The notes: generated by a model not told the origin, from the sequence alone. 64,000 bases of DNA from Bryobacterales bacterium (GCA_965203925.1 OZ241924.1:4085894-4149893); one strand, 5' to 3'. Shown: positions 26,694 to 36,739, counted from the first letter of the stretch. Numbers and translations: made by a program.

Positions 26694-29507
26694 CTACCGC
26701 TTCGTCACCCAGATCGGGCTTGACCATGCCACGTGGCCATCCTCCTGCTCCATGCGCACGTAGTAGTAGTGCTCTCCCGGCGGCAGGTCCATCTCCGCGA
26801 ATTCAAACTCCATCTGCGGCCCGTCGCCGGCCTCCGTGCTCACATAGGTGTTGTCGCGCACTACGGCGACTTCCTTAATGTTGGCCGTGCCGCGAATCGT
26901 GGCCTTGACGATGGCACGGTCCGATGTCGCGAATTCGTCGCCTTGGAGCCACTCCCCGTCCCCTGCGGCCATCCGGAAGTCCAGAATGATGTTGCTTGTG
27001 GCCGCATAGGTGTGGCGCTGGCGCATGGCCTCCACCAGGCCCTGACGGCTGAAGTCGTCGCTGATGACCATCGCGTACGAACTGTGCGTAGAAACGTGGT
27101 CCGAGCTCGCCTGTACGCCCAGCTTGTAGCCCTTCTCCCACGCCAACCAGACAAAGCCCTTGGGGCGGTAACTGCCAGCCCACAGGTCCGACCGGGCGGC
27201 CGAGGATGCGAGCGGGGCGGCCTCGTGCTCGGCCGATGTCCGGGCGCCTTGGAAGATCTCGACGATCGGCTCCAGATCCGGATCGTTGTCCCGCCAGTCG
27301 GTGCCCATGGATGTGTGCGGAGTGTGCGACGTGGCGATGCCGCCCTGGGCGCGGAGAGCCTCGTACAGGAACGGCCCCGTGCTGGAGTCGCGCTCCTCGC
27401 GAGTAATGCGGATCGGGCGGTGGCCGCGTGTCGGCAGGATGATGTTGCGATGGCCGTTCGGGTACGGCAGGCTTCGCTCGTAGCCAAAGAGCGTCACGAA
27501 GCGACCGGGCACGTGGAACATGTCCTCTGCCTTCTCAGTGCGCCACCAGTCGTATTCGGTGTCGTTGCCGCCCTTGTGGTCCGTGACCACGTAGAAATCC
27601 ATGGCGGCGGCGTCCATCATGTACCGGAACGAGTCGTAGAGCGAGCCGTCGCCCGTCCCGTCGCGCGAGATGTCCGTGTGGCGGTGCATGTCGCCCCGGT
27701 AGATCTTGTACTGCCTGCCCCCGCTGCGGATTGTGTAGTTGCGGACCGCGGCGACTTGCTGCGCTTCGCGCGGCTCGGACGGAAGCATCGCGGGCGCTTC
27801 GGTCCCTCGCCGTGCCAGCACAGGCGCCCGGAACTTCTCGCCGCGGAACTGGTCCGACAGTTCGGCGAATCCGATCTGGTTGTCGCGGGGATAGTGGCCG
27901 AAGTCCGGCCCGCCCCAGAGCCTCTGGTCAGTCGTCCAAGCGGCGTAGATCTTGCCGTTTATCCCTGCAACTGCGTCCATCGGCCCCTCGTTGCGGCCGA
28001 TGCTGTCCGGCAATGGGACCGGCTCGGCCCACCGGTCGCCGGAGTAGTAGGTCGCCATGACCTCCCACTTGCCCCCTGCGGCCCACAGGGACTCCGGCTT
28101 TGTGGAGCGCACCCTTGGCCTAACCAGCATCCACATGCGGCCGATGCTGTCCGGAACCAGCTTGGGCGTTTGGACGTATCGGCGCACGCTCGGGCGGAAG
28201 CGCCGGTTTAGGTCATCGAGAGGAGCCAGCCAATCCTTGCCGTCCCACACGACGACCCGGTTGGTGCGGGACTGGTAGATGCCCGCACCCCCGCGCAGCA
28301 GGAATCCCGTGTCCTTGCCCCAGTTCTCCTCAGACTCGTCGTACGAGATCCAGACGCGGTTCTCGAGGTCCACGGCTACGCTCGGCGTGCCGTGATAGCG
28401 GGGCGAGTCGGTTACCTTGACCAGAGCGCCGGCCCGCCCGGCCGAGACGGGGCGCATGCGGATGTTGTAGCTGCCGTCTTGGTAGCTGTCCCACACGACC
28501 CAGGCCGTGCCGTTCGTGTCTGTGGCTATGTCCGGATACCACTCGTTGGCCGCCGCGGAGGGGTCACTCAGGGGAAGCTCGGTTGACCACTCGGAGCCGT
28601 CGAGCGAACTGTAGTAGACGCCGGAGAAGCCCATGCGGGCAGACTGCCACGCGAGGTGCAGCCGGCCGAATCGGTCGGCCGCGAGCACAGGGAAGAGGTT
28701 GTTGCCGACTCCGGCCTGTACCGTCCGCGGTGGGCTCCACGTCGTGCCTGAGCGGGTCGCGTGGAGCAGTTCCCAGGCCTCTCCCGTCCTCCGGGACCAG
28801 ACAAGGTGGAGGGAGCCCTGTCCGTCGTGGGCGGCCGCGAGCCCCTGAAGGTCTCCTGTAGCGCCGTCCACGGGCATGATGGGGCCCCACCCGGCATCCT
28901 CTCTCTCCCGAACGAAGACTAGGTCCGCCTCATTGCGATAGCCGATCCAGGCCACCGCTAGCGCTCCCTCTGGCGACAGGGCCATCACCGGGTAGTCGTC
29001 CTCGTACTCGTCAGTGCTGATCGGCTCTACGATTGGGACCCGGCGCAGTTCGACCCGCGTTGACAGGATGTGCATCGGATCCGAGGCCGGTAAGTCCCGC
29101 AGCACGAATGAGAAGTCCCCGTTGGCCGTCTCGACTGACAGAGTGGCGTCCTCCGGTGCTCGGTAGTGGAGGGTCACGCCTACGTTCTGGACACGCATCA
29201 CGTGTGGGAACGGGAGTTCGTGGGGGTGCATCCCGCCCGTCGGTCTTGGCCAAGGGTCGGTCCGCGCGACCCATGAATTCCCCGGGCCGACTGCTTCTCC
29301 CTCCTTGAACCGATAGCCGCGCAAGGAGACGACCTCGCCCTTGTCGATCGACAGCGAGCCGTCCCAAACCGTGGGCTCGTGGTCCTTGACGCCGAACTCG
29401 ATGTTGACTGCTCGCACGGGAATGTCTTGGGCTAGGCCCGCGGCAACTGCGGCGAGCGATGCTAGCACCGCGGCAGCACTACGGCATGGCTTGATCATGG
29501 TGCCCAC
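26694..29507 (-). CDS. Large secreted protein: Asp-box/BNR-like N-terminal region plus a PHP (CehA/McbA- or DUF3604-like) metallo-phosphoesterase domain
   Basis: Signal-like N-terminus. Asp-box-like SLDGSEWS and SGTTWSPP. YRGDMHRHTDISRDGTGDG and DFYVVTDH resemble PHP-type metal sites. Confidence 0.6.
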   Translation of the reverse strand: MGTMIKPCRSAAAVLASLAAVAAGLAQDIPVRAVNIEFGVKDHEPTVWDGSLSIDKGEVVSLRGYRFKEGEAVGPGNSWVARTDPWPRPTGGMHPHELPFPHVMRVQNVGVTLHYRAPEDATLSVETANGDFSFVLRDLPASDPMHILSTRVELRRVPIVEPISTDEYEDDYPVMALSPEGALAVAWIGYRNEADLVFVREREDAGWGPIMPVDGATGDLQGLAAAHDGQGSLHLVWSRRTGEAWELLHATRSGTTWSPPRTVQAGVGNNLFPVLAADRFGRLHLAWQSARMGFSGVYYSSLDGSEWSTELPLSDPSAAANEWYPDIATDTNGTAWVVWDSYQDGSYNIRMRPVSAGRAGALVKVTDSPRYHGTPSVAVDLENRVWISYDESEENWGKDTGFLLRGGAGIYQSRTNRVVVWDGKDWLAPLDDLNRRFRPSVRRYVQTPKLVPDSIGRMWMLVRPRVRSTKPESLWAAGGKWEVMATYYSGDRWAEPVPLPDSIGRNEGPMDAVAGINGKIYAAWTTDQRLWGGPDFGHYPRDNQIGFAELSDQFRGEKFRAPVLARRGTEAPAMLPSEPREAQQVAAVRNYTIRSGGRQYKIYRGDMHRHTDISRDGTGDGSLYDSFRYMMDAAAMDFYVVTDHKGGNDTEYDWWRTEKAEDMFHVPGRFVTLFGYERSLPYPNGHRNIILPTRGHRPIRITREERDSSTGPFLYEALRAQGGIATSHTPHTSMGTDWRDNDPDLEPIVEIFQGARTSAEHEAAPLASSAARSDLWAGSYRPKGFVWLAWEKGYKLGVQASSDHVSTHSSYAMVISDDFSRQGLVEAMRQRHTYAATSNIILDFRMAAGDGEWLQGDEFATSDRAIVKATIRGTANIKEVAVVRDNTYVSTEAGDGPQMEFEFAEMDLPPGEHYYYVRMEQEDGHVAWSSPIWVTKR

Positions 29508-29598
29508 ATTCTATGCCGCTGGCAAATTCCGCAGCGCATACGGCCCCGAAGGCGGGAGGGGTTGACCTGAACGGCCAAGAACGCCTAACCTGCGTAGC

Positions 29599-30381
29599 GT
29601 GACCGCTCGTATTCTGGCGCTTGCATCGGCCCTCTCGGTCTGTGCCGCGGCTCAGCAGCTGCAGAGCAGCCCATTCAATGGCGACAAGGAGTCCATCGGC
29701 GCGGGCCGGGCGGCGTACAGGCTGCGCTGCTCGGCTTGTCACGGAATCCACGCAGGTGGGGGCAGGGGCCCCGCGCTCAATCGCGGCAAGTTCGAGGTGG
29801 GGGACACGGACTTGGACATATACCGGGTCATCGAGACAGGTGTGCCGGGGACTGAGATGCCGGCCTTTGGGCCCCGCAGCACCGAGGAGAACATCTGGAG
29901 GATCGTGTCTTACCTGCGCAGCTTCGAGCCATCTCCCGAGGAGGATGTCCTAGGTGACGCGCAGGCCGGGGAGCGGATCTTCTGGGGCAAAGGGGGCTGC
30001 GGAGCTTGCCACAGGGTTGATAGAAAGGGAGGCGCGTTTGGTCCCGACCTGACCCGCATAGGGCGCTCGCGCAGTGTCGAGCATCTACGCGAATCGCTCT
30101 TGGATCCGGAGGAGGACCTGCCGCCCGGCTATTTTGTCGTAAGTGCGGTACACCATGACGGGCGCACGACCACGGGCATCGGAGTTGCATTCGACGACTT
30201 CTCGGCCCAGCTGCGTGACTCGACCGGGAAGCTGCACTCTTTCCTTCGTGAGGAGGTTCGCTCTCTCGAACGGGAATACACGTCGCTGATGCCTTCCGCG
30301 TATGGTGAGAGCCTGACGGCGAACGAGCAGCTGGATCTGTTGGCCTACATGAAGGGCCTGCGGGGCGGGGGGGCGAAATGA
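29599..30381 (+). CDS. Dihaem c-type cytochrome, secreted
   Basis: Two CxxCH motifs (CSACHG, CGACHR) and a signal peptide with GTG start. A 4-nt ATGA overlap links it to the PQQ dehydrogenase gene. Confidence 0.8.
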   Translation: MTARILALASALSVCAAAQQLQSSPFNGDKESIGAGRAAYRLRCSACHGIHAGGGRGPALNRGKFEVGDTDLDIYRVIETGVPGTEMPAFGPRSTEENIWRIVSYLRSFEPSPEEDVLGDAQAGERIFWGKGGCGACHRVDRKGGAFGPDLTRIGRSRSVEHLRESLLDPEEDLPPGYFVVSAVHHDGRTTTGIGVAFDDFSAQLRDSTGKLHSFLREEVRSLEREYTSLMPSAYGESLTANEQLDLLAYMKGLRGGGAK

Positions 30382-31970
30382 GCAAGCTATGCGTGATTGC
30401 CGGTGCGCTGCTGGCCTTAGTGGCCACCTTGGAGGGCCAGGTTGATCAAGGAGTGCTCGCGCGTTCGCAGGAGGACAACGAGTCGTGGCTGATGTACGGC
30501 CGGAATTACTCGGCTTGGCGCTACTCGCCGCTGGACGAGATCAACACTCAAAACGTGACTGGCTTAGTGCCCGCATGGATCTTCCAGTCCGGCGTCGGCG
30601 GAAAATTCCAGACCACCCCGCTCGTGCACGACGGAGTGATGTATGTAACTGGGCCCTCGAACCATGCGTGGGCGCTTGACCTGAAGACTGGTCGGGAGCT
30701 GTGGCATTACTCCGAGCCCGTGCCGGACGATCTCCCACTGTGCTGCGGCAAGCCGAACCGGGGTTTCGCCATCCTCGGGGAACGCCTCTACAAGGTCAAC
30801 ATGCAGGCCACGCTGGTCGCGATCGATGCAACGACTGGCAGTGTGATCTGGGAAGTGGAGTCGGCCGACTACCGAATCGGTTACTCGAATACGGTGGCCC
30901 CTCTGATTGTCAAGGACATGGTGGTGGTCGGAATTGCAGGCGCCGAATTCGGAACGAGGGACTTCATTGACGCGTATGACGCGGAGACGGGTGAACGTCG
31001 GTGGAGGTTCTGGACCGTTCCCGGACCCGGCGAGCCGGGCAACGAGACGTGGGGAGGCGACTCTTGGAAGCGTGGCGGCGCGTCGACTTGGATCACGGGA
31101 AGCTACGACCCGGAACTGGACCTGATCTATTGGGGGACGGGAAACCCCGGTCCCGACTTGGACGGCTCTCCCCGGCCCGGCGACAACCTCTACAGCGACT
31201 CGATGGTCGCTCTCGACGCGGACACCGGACAGCTCAGGTGGCACTTTCAGTTCACGCCCCACGACGTTCATGACTGGGACTCGGTGGCGGATCCTGTGCT
31301 GATCGACATGGAGGTGGCCGGTGAGGCCCGCAAAGCACTCATTCAGGCAAACCGAAACGGTCACTTGTATGCATTGGACCGCACGAGTGGAGAGTTTCTC
31401 TTCGCTCGCGCGTACACGGAGGTGAATTGGACAGACGGCATCAGCCCCGACGGCCGCCCGATTCTGATTCCGGGCCACGAGCCGACCGACGAGGGCACGC
31501 TGACCTGCCCGGGTATGGGCGGAGGGCACAACTGGCATGCGACCTCCTACAGTCCTCTCACTGATCTGTACTACTTCAACTCTGGGGATGGGTGCCAGAT
31601 CTACCACGGTGCGCCGCAGGAGTTCGTCGAGGGCGAATACTACCTCGGCAGTGCGATGGAAAACGTCAGCGGAGAGCCCCGAGAGGGCTCGATCATCGCG
31701 GTCGATCCCGCAACTGGCGACACGCGCTGGAAGTTCCCCCTGGTCAGCCCACCGTCGAGCGGGATGCTGTCGACCGGGGGTGGCTTGCTCTTCGCCGGCA
31801 CGATGGAAGGCTACTTCATGGCCCTGGATGCACGAACGGGGAAGCCACTCTGGCGGCTGCAGACTGGTGGTCCGGTGCGGGCTCCGGCCATCACGTATCG
31901 ATTCCAAGGGCGCCAACACGTTGCGACTGCTGCGGGCGGCTCCATGATGGTTTTCCGTCTGGGGCCATAG
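30378..31970 (+). CDS. PQQ-dependent alcohol dehydrogenase (methanol/ethanol quinoprotein family)
   Basis: Vicinal Cys pair PLCCGKPNRG, W-repeat propeller blocks, and the active-site block TPHDVHDWDSV. Confidence 0.8.
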   Translation: MSKLCVIAGALLALVATLEGQVDQGVLARSQEDNESWLMYGRNYSAWRYSPLDEINTQNVTGLVPAWIFQSGVGGKFQTTPLVHDGVMYVTGPSNHAWALDLKTGRELWHYSEPVPDDLPLCCGKPNRGFAILGERLYKVNMQATLVAIDATTGSVIWEVESADYRIGYSNTVAPLIVKDMVVVGIAGAEFGTRDFIDAYDAETGERRWRFWTVPGPGEPGNETWGGDSWKRGGASTWITGSYDPELDLIYWGTGNPGPDLDGSPRPGDNLYSDSMVALDADTGQLRWHFQFTPHDVHDWDSVADPVLIDMEVAGEARKALIQANRNGHLYALDRTSGEFLFARAYTEVNWTDGISPDGRPILIPGHEPTDEGTLTCPGMGGGHNWHATSYSPLTDLYYFNSGDGCQIYHGAPQEFVEGEYYLGSAMENVSGEPREGSIIAVDPATGDTRWKFPLVSPPSSGMLSTGGGLLFAGTMEGYFMALDARTGKPLWRLQTGGPVRAPAITYRFQGRQHVATAAGGSMMVFRLGP

Positions 31971-32270
31971 GCATTGGGGGTCCACTCAGTCTGGGCCGCC
32001 TTCCTCCGTTCAGCTAAGCCGGAAGTCTAGACAGTGAGTGACCAGGGCCGGAACGGCGGACCATCTGCTTGTCTGGTGAAGCTCGCGCTTCCGTCGCTTT
32101 GTCCAAGTCCGCATTTCTCCCGACGCCTTTGGCCTGTCATTGCAGTGGCGGTGTCCCGCGTCGCCGCCGTTGGGCCGCAGTTTCTGGTGGTTTACGGACG
32201 GGACCTACATCCTTGACTTAATTCCCACAGGGTGTGGAAGGTTTCGTGGAAGGGTGGGTAGACTCATTGC

Positions 32271-32582
32271 ATGGCAGGACTAGGCAGGACTGAGCAGGAC
32301 GCCATCATCGGCCGAACCGTGAGGGGGCTTGAGGACCACAAGACGAAGCTTGCTCGTTACAGGGAGAAGGCGGACAGACTGGCTGGCTGCTTGGAGAGGG
32401 CAGCCGAGGCGCTGAGGTGTGCGCAAGAGGGGTCGGCCAGGCTTAGAGATCTTGACAGGTGCGTGATCGCTGTCGAAGAGTTGCCGGAGAAGGGCGAGGT
32501 CGTCGAGGTGTGCGCCGGCATAAGGCGAAACCACAACATCGTGCGGAATGCGGAAGAACGGCTGAAAGACATGCTCCCCTAA
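32271..32582 (+). CDS. Hypothetical 103-aa helical/coiled-coil protein
   Basis: Uninterrupted ORF with high third-position GC. I recognise no motif. The first 30 nt are three 10-nt tandem repeats. Confidence 0.45.
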   Translation: MAGLGRTEQDAIIGRTVRGLEDHKTKLARYREKADRLAGCLERAAEALRCAQEGSARLRDLDRCVIAVEELPEKGEVVEVCAGIRRNHNIVRNAEERLKDMLP

Positions 32583-32606
32583 TACCGTCCGGCGTAGACT
32601 CTACGC

Positions 32607-33490
32607 ATGGACGGCCTGAGCCTGATTGAGCTGTTAAAGCGGTTCCCGGGCGAGGAGGCCGCGATACGCTGGGCGGACGGCGAGCGGCCCTGCCCGCGCT
32701 GCGGCTGGTCGAACTCGGTGCGGGACGTTCCGAGGTGCAAGGCGGGGGCTTACCGCTGTGGGGAGTGCAAGAAGTACTTGAGCATTCGCACCGGGACGGT
32801 AATGGAGCGCAGCCCGATCCCCTGCACAAGTGGCTCGTGGTCACGTTCCTCATCCTGCACGGCAAGAGTGTCTCCAGTTCGCAGCTTGCCCGCGACCTGA
32901 ACACTACGCAGAAGTCCGCATGATTGATGGCGCACCGCATCCGCCGCGCCATGAGGGGCGACTACGCCATGTTCGCCGGTCCAGTAGAGGTTGACGAGGC
33001 CTACCTTGGCGGCAAGAGCAAGAACCGCCACTGGGTTAAGCGGAAGGCAGGTCGGGGCACCGTCGGGAAGACGCCCGTCATTCGCATGAGGGACCGCGCC
33101 ACCAATGCTGTCCTCACCGTTCCCGTCCAGAGCGCGGACCGAGCCACGGTTGAGAATGCGACCTCGGCCAACCTGCAGGTGGGGACGAAGGTCTAGACCG
33201 ACGACTCTTCCATCTACAACCGCGTGGACAGCCACGAGATCGCGACCCACTCGCGCGGCGAGTACGTCTCAGGGGAGGTACACACCAACGGCATCGAGTC
33301 ATTTTGGTCGCTTCTCAAGCGCGGCTACATCGGGGTCGACCGCTGGTGGAGCCCCAAGCGCTGCCGCCGCTACGTTGACAAGTGCACCAGCAGGTAAGAC
33401 CTCCGGCCACTCACGATGATTGCCCGCCTCGGCGCCGTCTTCGACACCATGCAGGGCAGGCGGCTCACATGGAAGGAACTTGTCGCATGG
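32607..33490 (+). pseudogene. IS1595-family (ISXO2-like) transposase, disrupted by frameshifts and an in-frame stop
   Basis: Pieces lie in different frames. They are the zinc-ribbon N-terminus CPRCGWSN...YRCGECKKY, then SSSQLARDLNTTQKSA, then MAHRIRRAM..VEVDEAYLGGK, then an in-frame TAG at 33194, then EVHTNGIESFWSLLKRGYIG, and finally the tail GRRLTWKELVAW. Confidence 0.8.
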
Positions 33491-33779
33491 GCAAACCTAT
33501 CGAAGTGCACATCCACTTGCGGGGCGAATCAATCGAGGTTGTCCAAGAGTCCCCGGGTCGAGGTGAGCAGCTCACGAAGGGCCAGATGGATGTCCTCTCG
33601 GACTTGTGGTTCGAGAGGGTAAAGCGCTAGTTTTCTGCTCAGCGTCTCCATCATGACGCCTAGCCCTGCAAGGTATTCAGGTCTCGTCTTGGCCTGACCC
33701 GCCGCTAGGTGGGTGACAAGCACTTCTAGAGCAAGAACTCGTGCCTCCAATCTCGGCTTGTTCTTCACGTCTTCGATCC

Positions 33780-34724
33780 TCAGTGGTTCCAGTCCTCGAA
33801 GTCGTAGATGCACATGAGGGCCATCTTGTCCTGCTCGCCGAGTGAGACCGTCGATGTGAAGAGTTGCCCCAGTAACTCAAGGTCCTCGGGGAGCACCATG
33901 TAGGGCGTCACGTCGGCCTTGCGCTGGACGATGAAGTTGGACGTGTCCGGGAGGCGCCCAAGGAACATGCCGGATGAGAGCACGATGCCCACGAAGGGGG
34001 CCCTCCAGATGTCCACCATCCGCGGCATGTACTTGTAGCTCATGATGTTTCCCGAGACTGGCACATGGTTCAGACCCAGCGCATGGCCGATCTCGTGCAG
34101 GATCGTCACGTACGTGCTGTTGACATAGGCGTGGACGCCTGTGGTCTCTGTCATGTCGAGGACTAGATGTGTGTAGGCTAGGTCCTGCCCGAACAGGTCC
34201 TCGTGCGTGGTGTTGATGTAGATGTCGGACTCGACCATTGCCCCGAGCCCGTCTGCGCGGGTTCGGGCGAAGCTGATGACGTCTTCGGGGTCACCTCCGC
34301 CCTTGAAGTAGATGACGGACTGATCGTCACGGATGAGGTCTCCCGATGCCGAGACGGGCACGGACCAGAAATCGTCCGGCAGGCTATAGGCTCGTGGTGC
34401 GCGGCCAGTGATGATTGTGATGACATTCCGCCTGTTGAACCCGGCTAGAACGTTGTTCCACAGGGCGACCGCTTGCTGCACCAATTGGTAGTAGTCTGCG
34501 GCCCCCTCTCCAAGGTGAAGGTACATCGGCTGCTCCCAGCCGTGCCACGCGTACTCTGCGCAGAGCCCGCTCTCTTCCAAGCTGAAGGCTCGCGGTTCGG
34601 GCAGCGCCCCGGACGGGTCCTGTACGAGAGCGTGTTGCTGGCAATCCCCGGGCGCGAACGGCAGCGCCTCGGAGTTGGCGAACGAGGCGGACAAAAGGAG
34701 CGCCGCAAGTGTCTTGTAGAGCAT
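33780..34724 (-). CDS. Secreted metzincin zinc metalloprotease (matrixin/M10-like)
   Basis: Signal peptide MLYKTLAALLLSASFA. HEIGHALGLNH fits HExxHxxGxxH and is followed by the Met-turn candidate NIMSY. Confidence 0.8.
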   Translation of the reverse strand: MLYKTLAALLLSASFANSEALPFAPGDCQQHALVQDPSGALPEPRAFSLEESGLCAEYAWHGWEQPMYLHLGEGAADYYQLVQQAVALWNNVLAGFNRRNVITIITGRAPRAYSLPDDFWSVPVSASGDLIRDDQSVIYFKGGGDPEDVISFARTRADGLGAMVESDIYINTTHEDLFGQDLAYTHLVLDMTETTGVHAYVNSTYVTILHEIGHALGLNHVPVSGNIMSYKYMPRMVDIWRAPFVGIVLSSGMFLGRLPDTSNFIVQRKADVTPYMVLPEDLELLGQLFTSTVSLGEQDKMALMCIYDFEDWNH

Positions 34725-35385
34725 CGTGCCCCCTTCCAGCCCGGCAGCCCCTGGATCCGGGCCTTAGAACTGCCGCTCGGAGAGAGCATGCCCCGCGTGT
34801 TCGCCGCCAGCCCGGGAAGCTACGCCGGACCGGCAAGCGGCTCTTGTAGTCCCCAGAAGGCCCGAAGCAGACCTCCGGCTACAGTTCCGCCACAAGGATA
34901 GCAGTGCTGCACGCTGGGGAGAATGTGGGGTGCTCGACGCAGAAACCCGCAGAAGACCGGAAGGTCGCCCCCGTGCTCCGGGAGATGTTCAGGCGGTCTG
35001 ACAAGCGACTTGCCCGTAAGCTGGAGTGGGCCGGGCCGCCACCAGCGGGCTGGTGAGGTCAGTTTCAGCGCAGCTCGGCGGCCCCCGTCTAGTCACGTAT
35101 TTAGGTCGCTTAGAATGGGGCGCAGCAACGACGGCATCAACAGCCGCGTATTGATCTGAGAGCTGCCTTTGTCTTGGGCCTCCGACTCGCTTGCTCGACG
35201 GACTCCGAGGTCGGAATTTTCGACAGCGACAAGGTCGCACGCCCAAGCTTGTTGGGCTCCAAGGTAGTTTATTGCTGCGAGTGCGGGTACGCTTGGGGCC
35301 GCGTGGCGAGCTTCACGGATCGCCCTACGCTGGAAACGTCGTCGGTCGGTTAGGAGCCCATCTCAACGACCGCGACCGCTGCCTT

Positions 35386-36267
35386 TCAGAGGTCCATCAG
35401 TTGCCTAAGTGCCACGCGGTCGGCGGCGATGGCTCTCATGTTCTCGACCTTCTTCCCGGGATCCCGGTGATCGACGTACTCCATGTGCAGTGATAGGGGC
35501 GTTCCGGGTGCAACTTCGGCGCTCACCATTCGAAGCAATTCGGGATCGACCTGTCCCTTCCCCAGTGGGACGTTGACCGCCTTCCGTCCATCCCAACGGA
35601 AGTCCTTTACGTAAACGCACCCGACCCGGTCGCGCATGAGCCGCCAGAGCAATGGCCAAGCTCGACCGCCTTCAACGGTCGCGTGCCGGACGTCGAAGGC
35701 AGCGGTGATGCGTCCTTCAGGCATTCCCTCCAGCAACCGGTGTTGGTCCCAGACAGACGCGCCGACCAACGCCGGTCCCGCATGGTTTTGGTATAGGCCT
35801 CTGATACGGAAGCCCTTGAGGTATTCGCCCAAGCGTAACGCGGTTTCCCGGTGGGCCTCGAGCTGCTCGAGGACAGGCCGCTCAAGGTCGTATCGGTAAT
35901 AGGCCATCCTGAAAAAGGGTATGCCCAGTCTGTCTGCGGTCGAAATCACCCGTCTCGCGAGCGGGTCTTCGGCGCTGCTGACATCGGTCGCCATCACCAC
36001 GACCTCCTTGTTTCGCTTGCCCAGCGCCTCGACGAGACGAGGCAAGTCTCGTTCCACGCGGTCAGGCTCCACTTGGCCTCCCTTGCGCACAGTCGCTTCG
36101 ATGCCGTTGAAGTCGTGCTCCTCGAGGAATGCCGCAACCTCGTCGAAGGACAACCACTGAAGGTGCTTCCCGAATGTGATCACGGGCCCGACACCGCGGG
36201 CCTCTGTGCGGGGGGCGCCTGCATGAGCCGCGCCTGCGGCCAAGGCGAGTAGTTGTCTTCTATTCAT
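35386..36267 (-). CDS. Xylose-isomerase-like TIM-barrel protein (sugar phosphate isomerase/epimerase family) with Tat signal
   Basis: MNRRQLLALAAGAAHAGA leader. The length and pattern are consistent with the AP_endonuc_2/TIM barrel family. The start is ATG 36267 (alternatives 36282 or 36309). Confidence 0.6.
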   Translation of the reverse strand: MNRRQLLALAAGAAHAGAPRTEARGVGPVITFGKHLQWLSFDEVAAFLEEHDFNGIEATVRKGGQVEPDRVERDLPRLVEALGKRNKEVVVMATDVSSAEDPLARRVISTADRLGIPFFRMAYYRYDLERPVLEQLEAHRETALRLGEYLKGFRIRGLYQNHAGPALVGASVWDQHRLLEGMPEGRITAAFDVRHATVEGGRAWPLLWRLMRDRVGCVYVKDFRWDGRKAVNVPLGKGQVDPELLRMVSAEVAPGTPLSLHMEYVDHRDPGKKVENMRAIAADRVALRQLMDL

Positions 36268-36649
36268 CGTCCAGTTCTCCATATTCACCGTATTCCACCA
36301 TAGCCCCACTGTCGGTCACGGCAGCCCGCTCCCGAGCCCGGGCTCGAAACAGACGGGCTCGCACGAGCGGGCTGCTGCCCGGAAGCGACTTGCTGTTGGC
36401 GACCGGACTCGAAGCTCAAGACCGACGCGAGTTCGCAGTGCGGAAGGGAACGTGAATCACTGCGGGTGGTCAGGAGACCCGCTACTCGGATGCACAGCAT
36501 GCCGTGGCGTGCACTGTGCGCCATGATCGGAGTCCGAAGAGACAGGCGAGCGAAAGATCACCGAGCACTTGTGCGATGCTGCCGAATCTGGTCGATCCAA
36601 CAGTCGGGTCGCAAAGCAATTGCGGTGTGAGCGGAATTCGGTGCTCTCG

Positions 36650-36678
36650 TTGCACAGACCATGAAAATACTCTATAAT
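36650..36678 (+). promoter_or_regulatory. Sigma-70-type promoter candidate for the SPFH gene
   Basis: TTGCAC (36650..36655), a 17-nt spacer, then TATAAT (36673..36678), sitting in an AT-rich patch. GAGGTG lies upstream of ATG 36740. Confidence 0.5.
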
Positions 36679-36739
36679 AGGCGTACATTGTTCGGGAACA
36701 AGGTTCCCAAGAGTCCAATAATCATTCATGAGGTGACAC

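Noticed and set aside
35170-35230. Terminator-like hairpin (TCCGAC...GTCGGA followed by ATTTT) on the + strand with no upstream + strand gene; possible orphan sRNA end.
   Set aside because: The only + strand ORF upstream (34923..35159) looks spurious, there is no promoter evidence, and the structure is modest. The support is insufficient to call an RNA gene.
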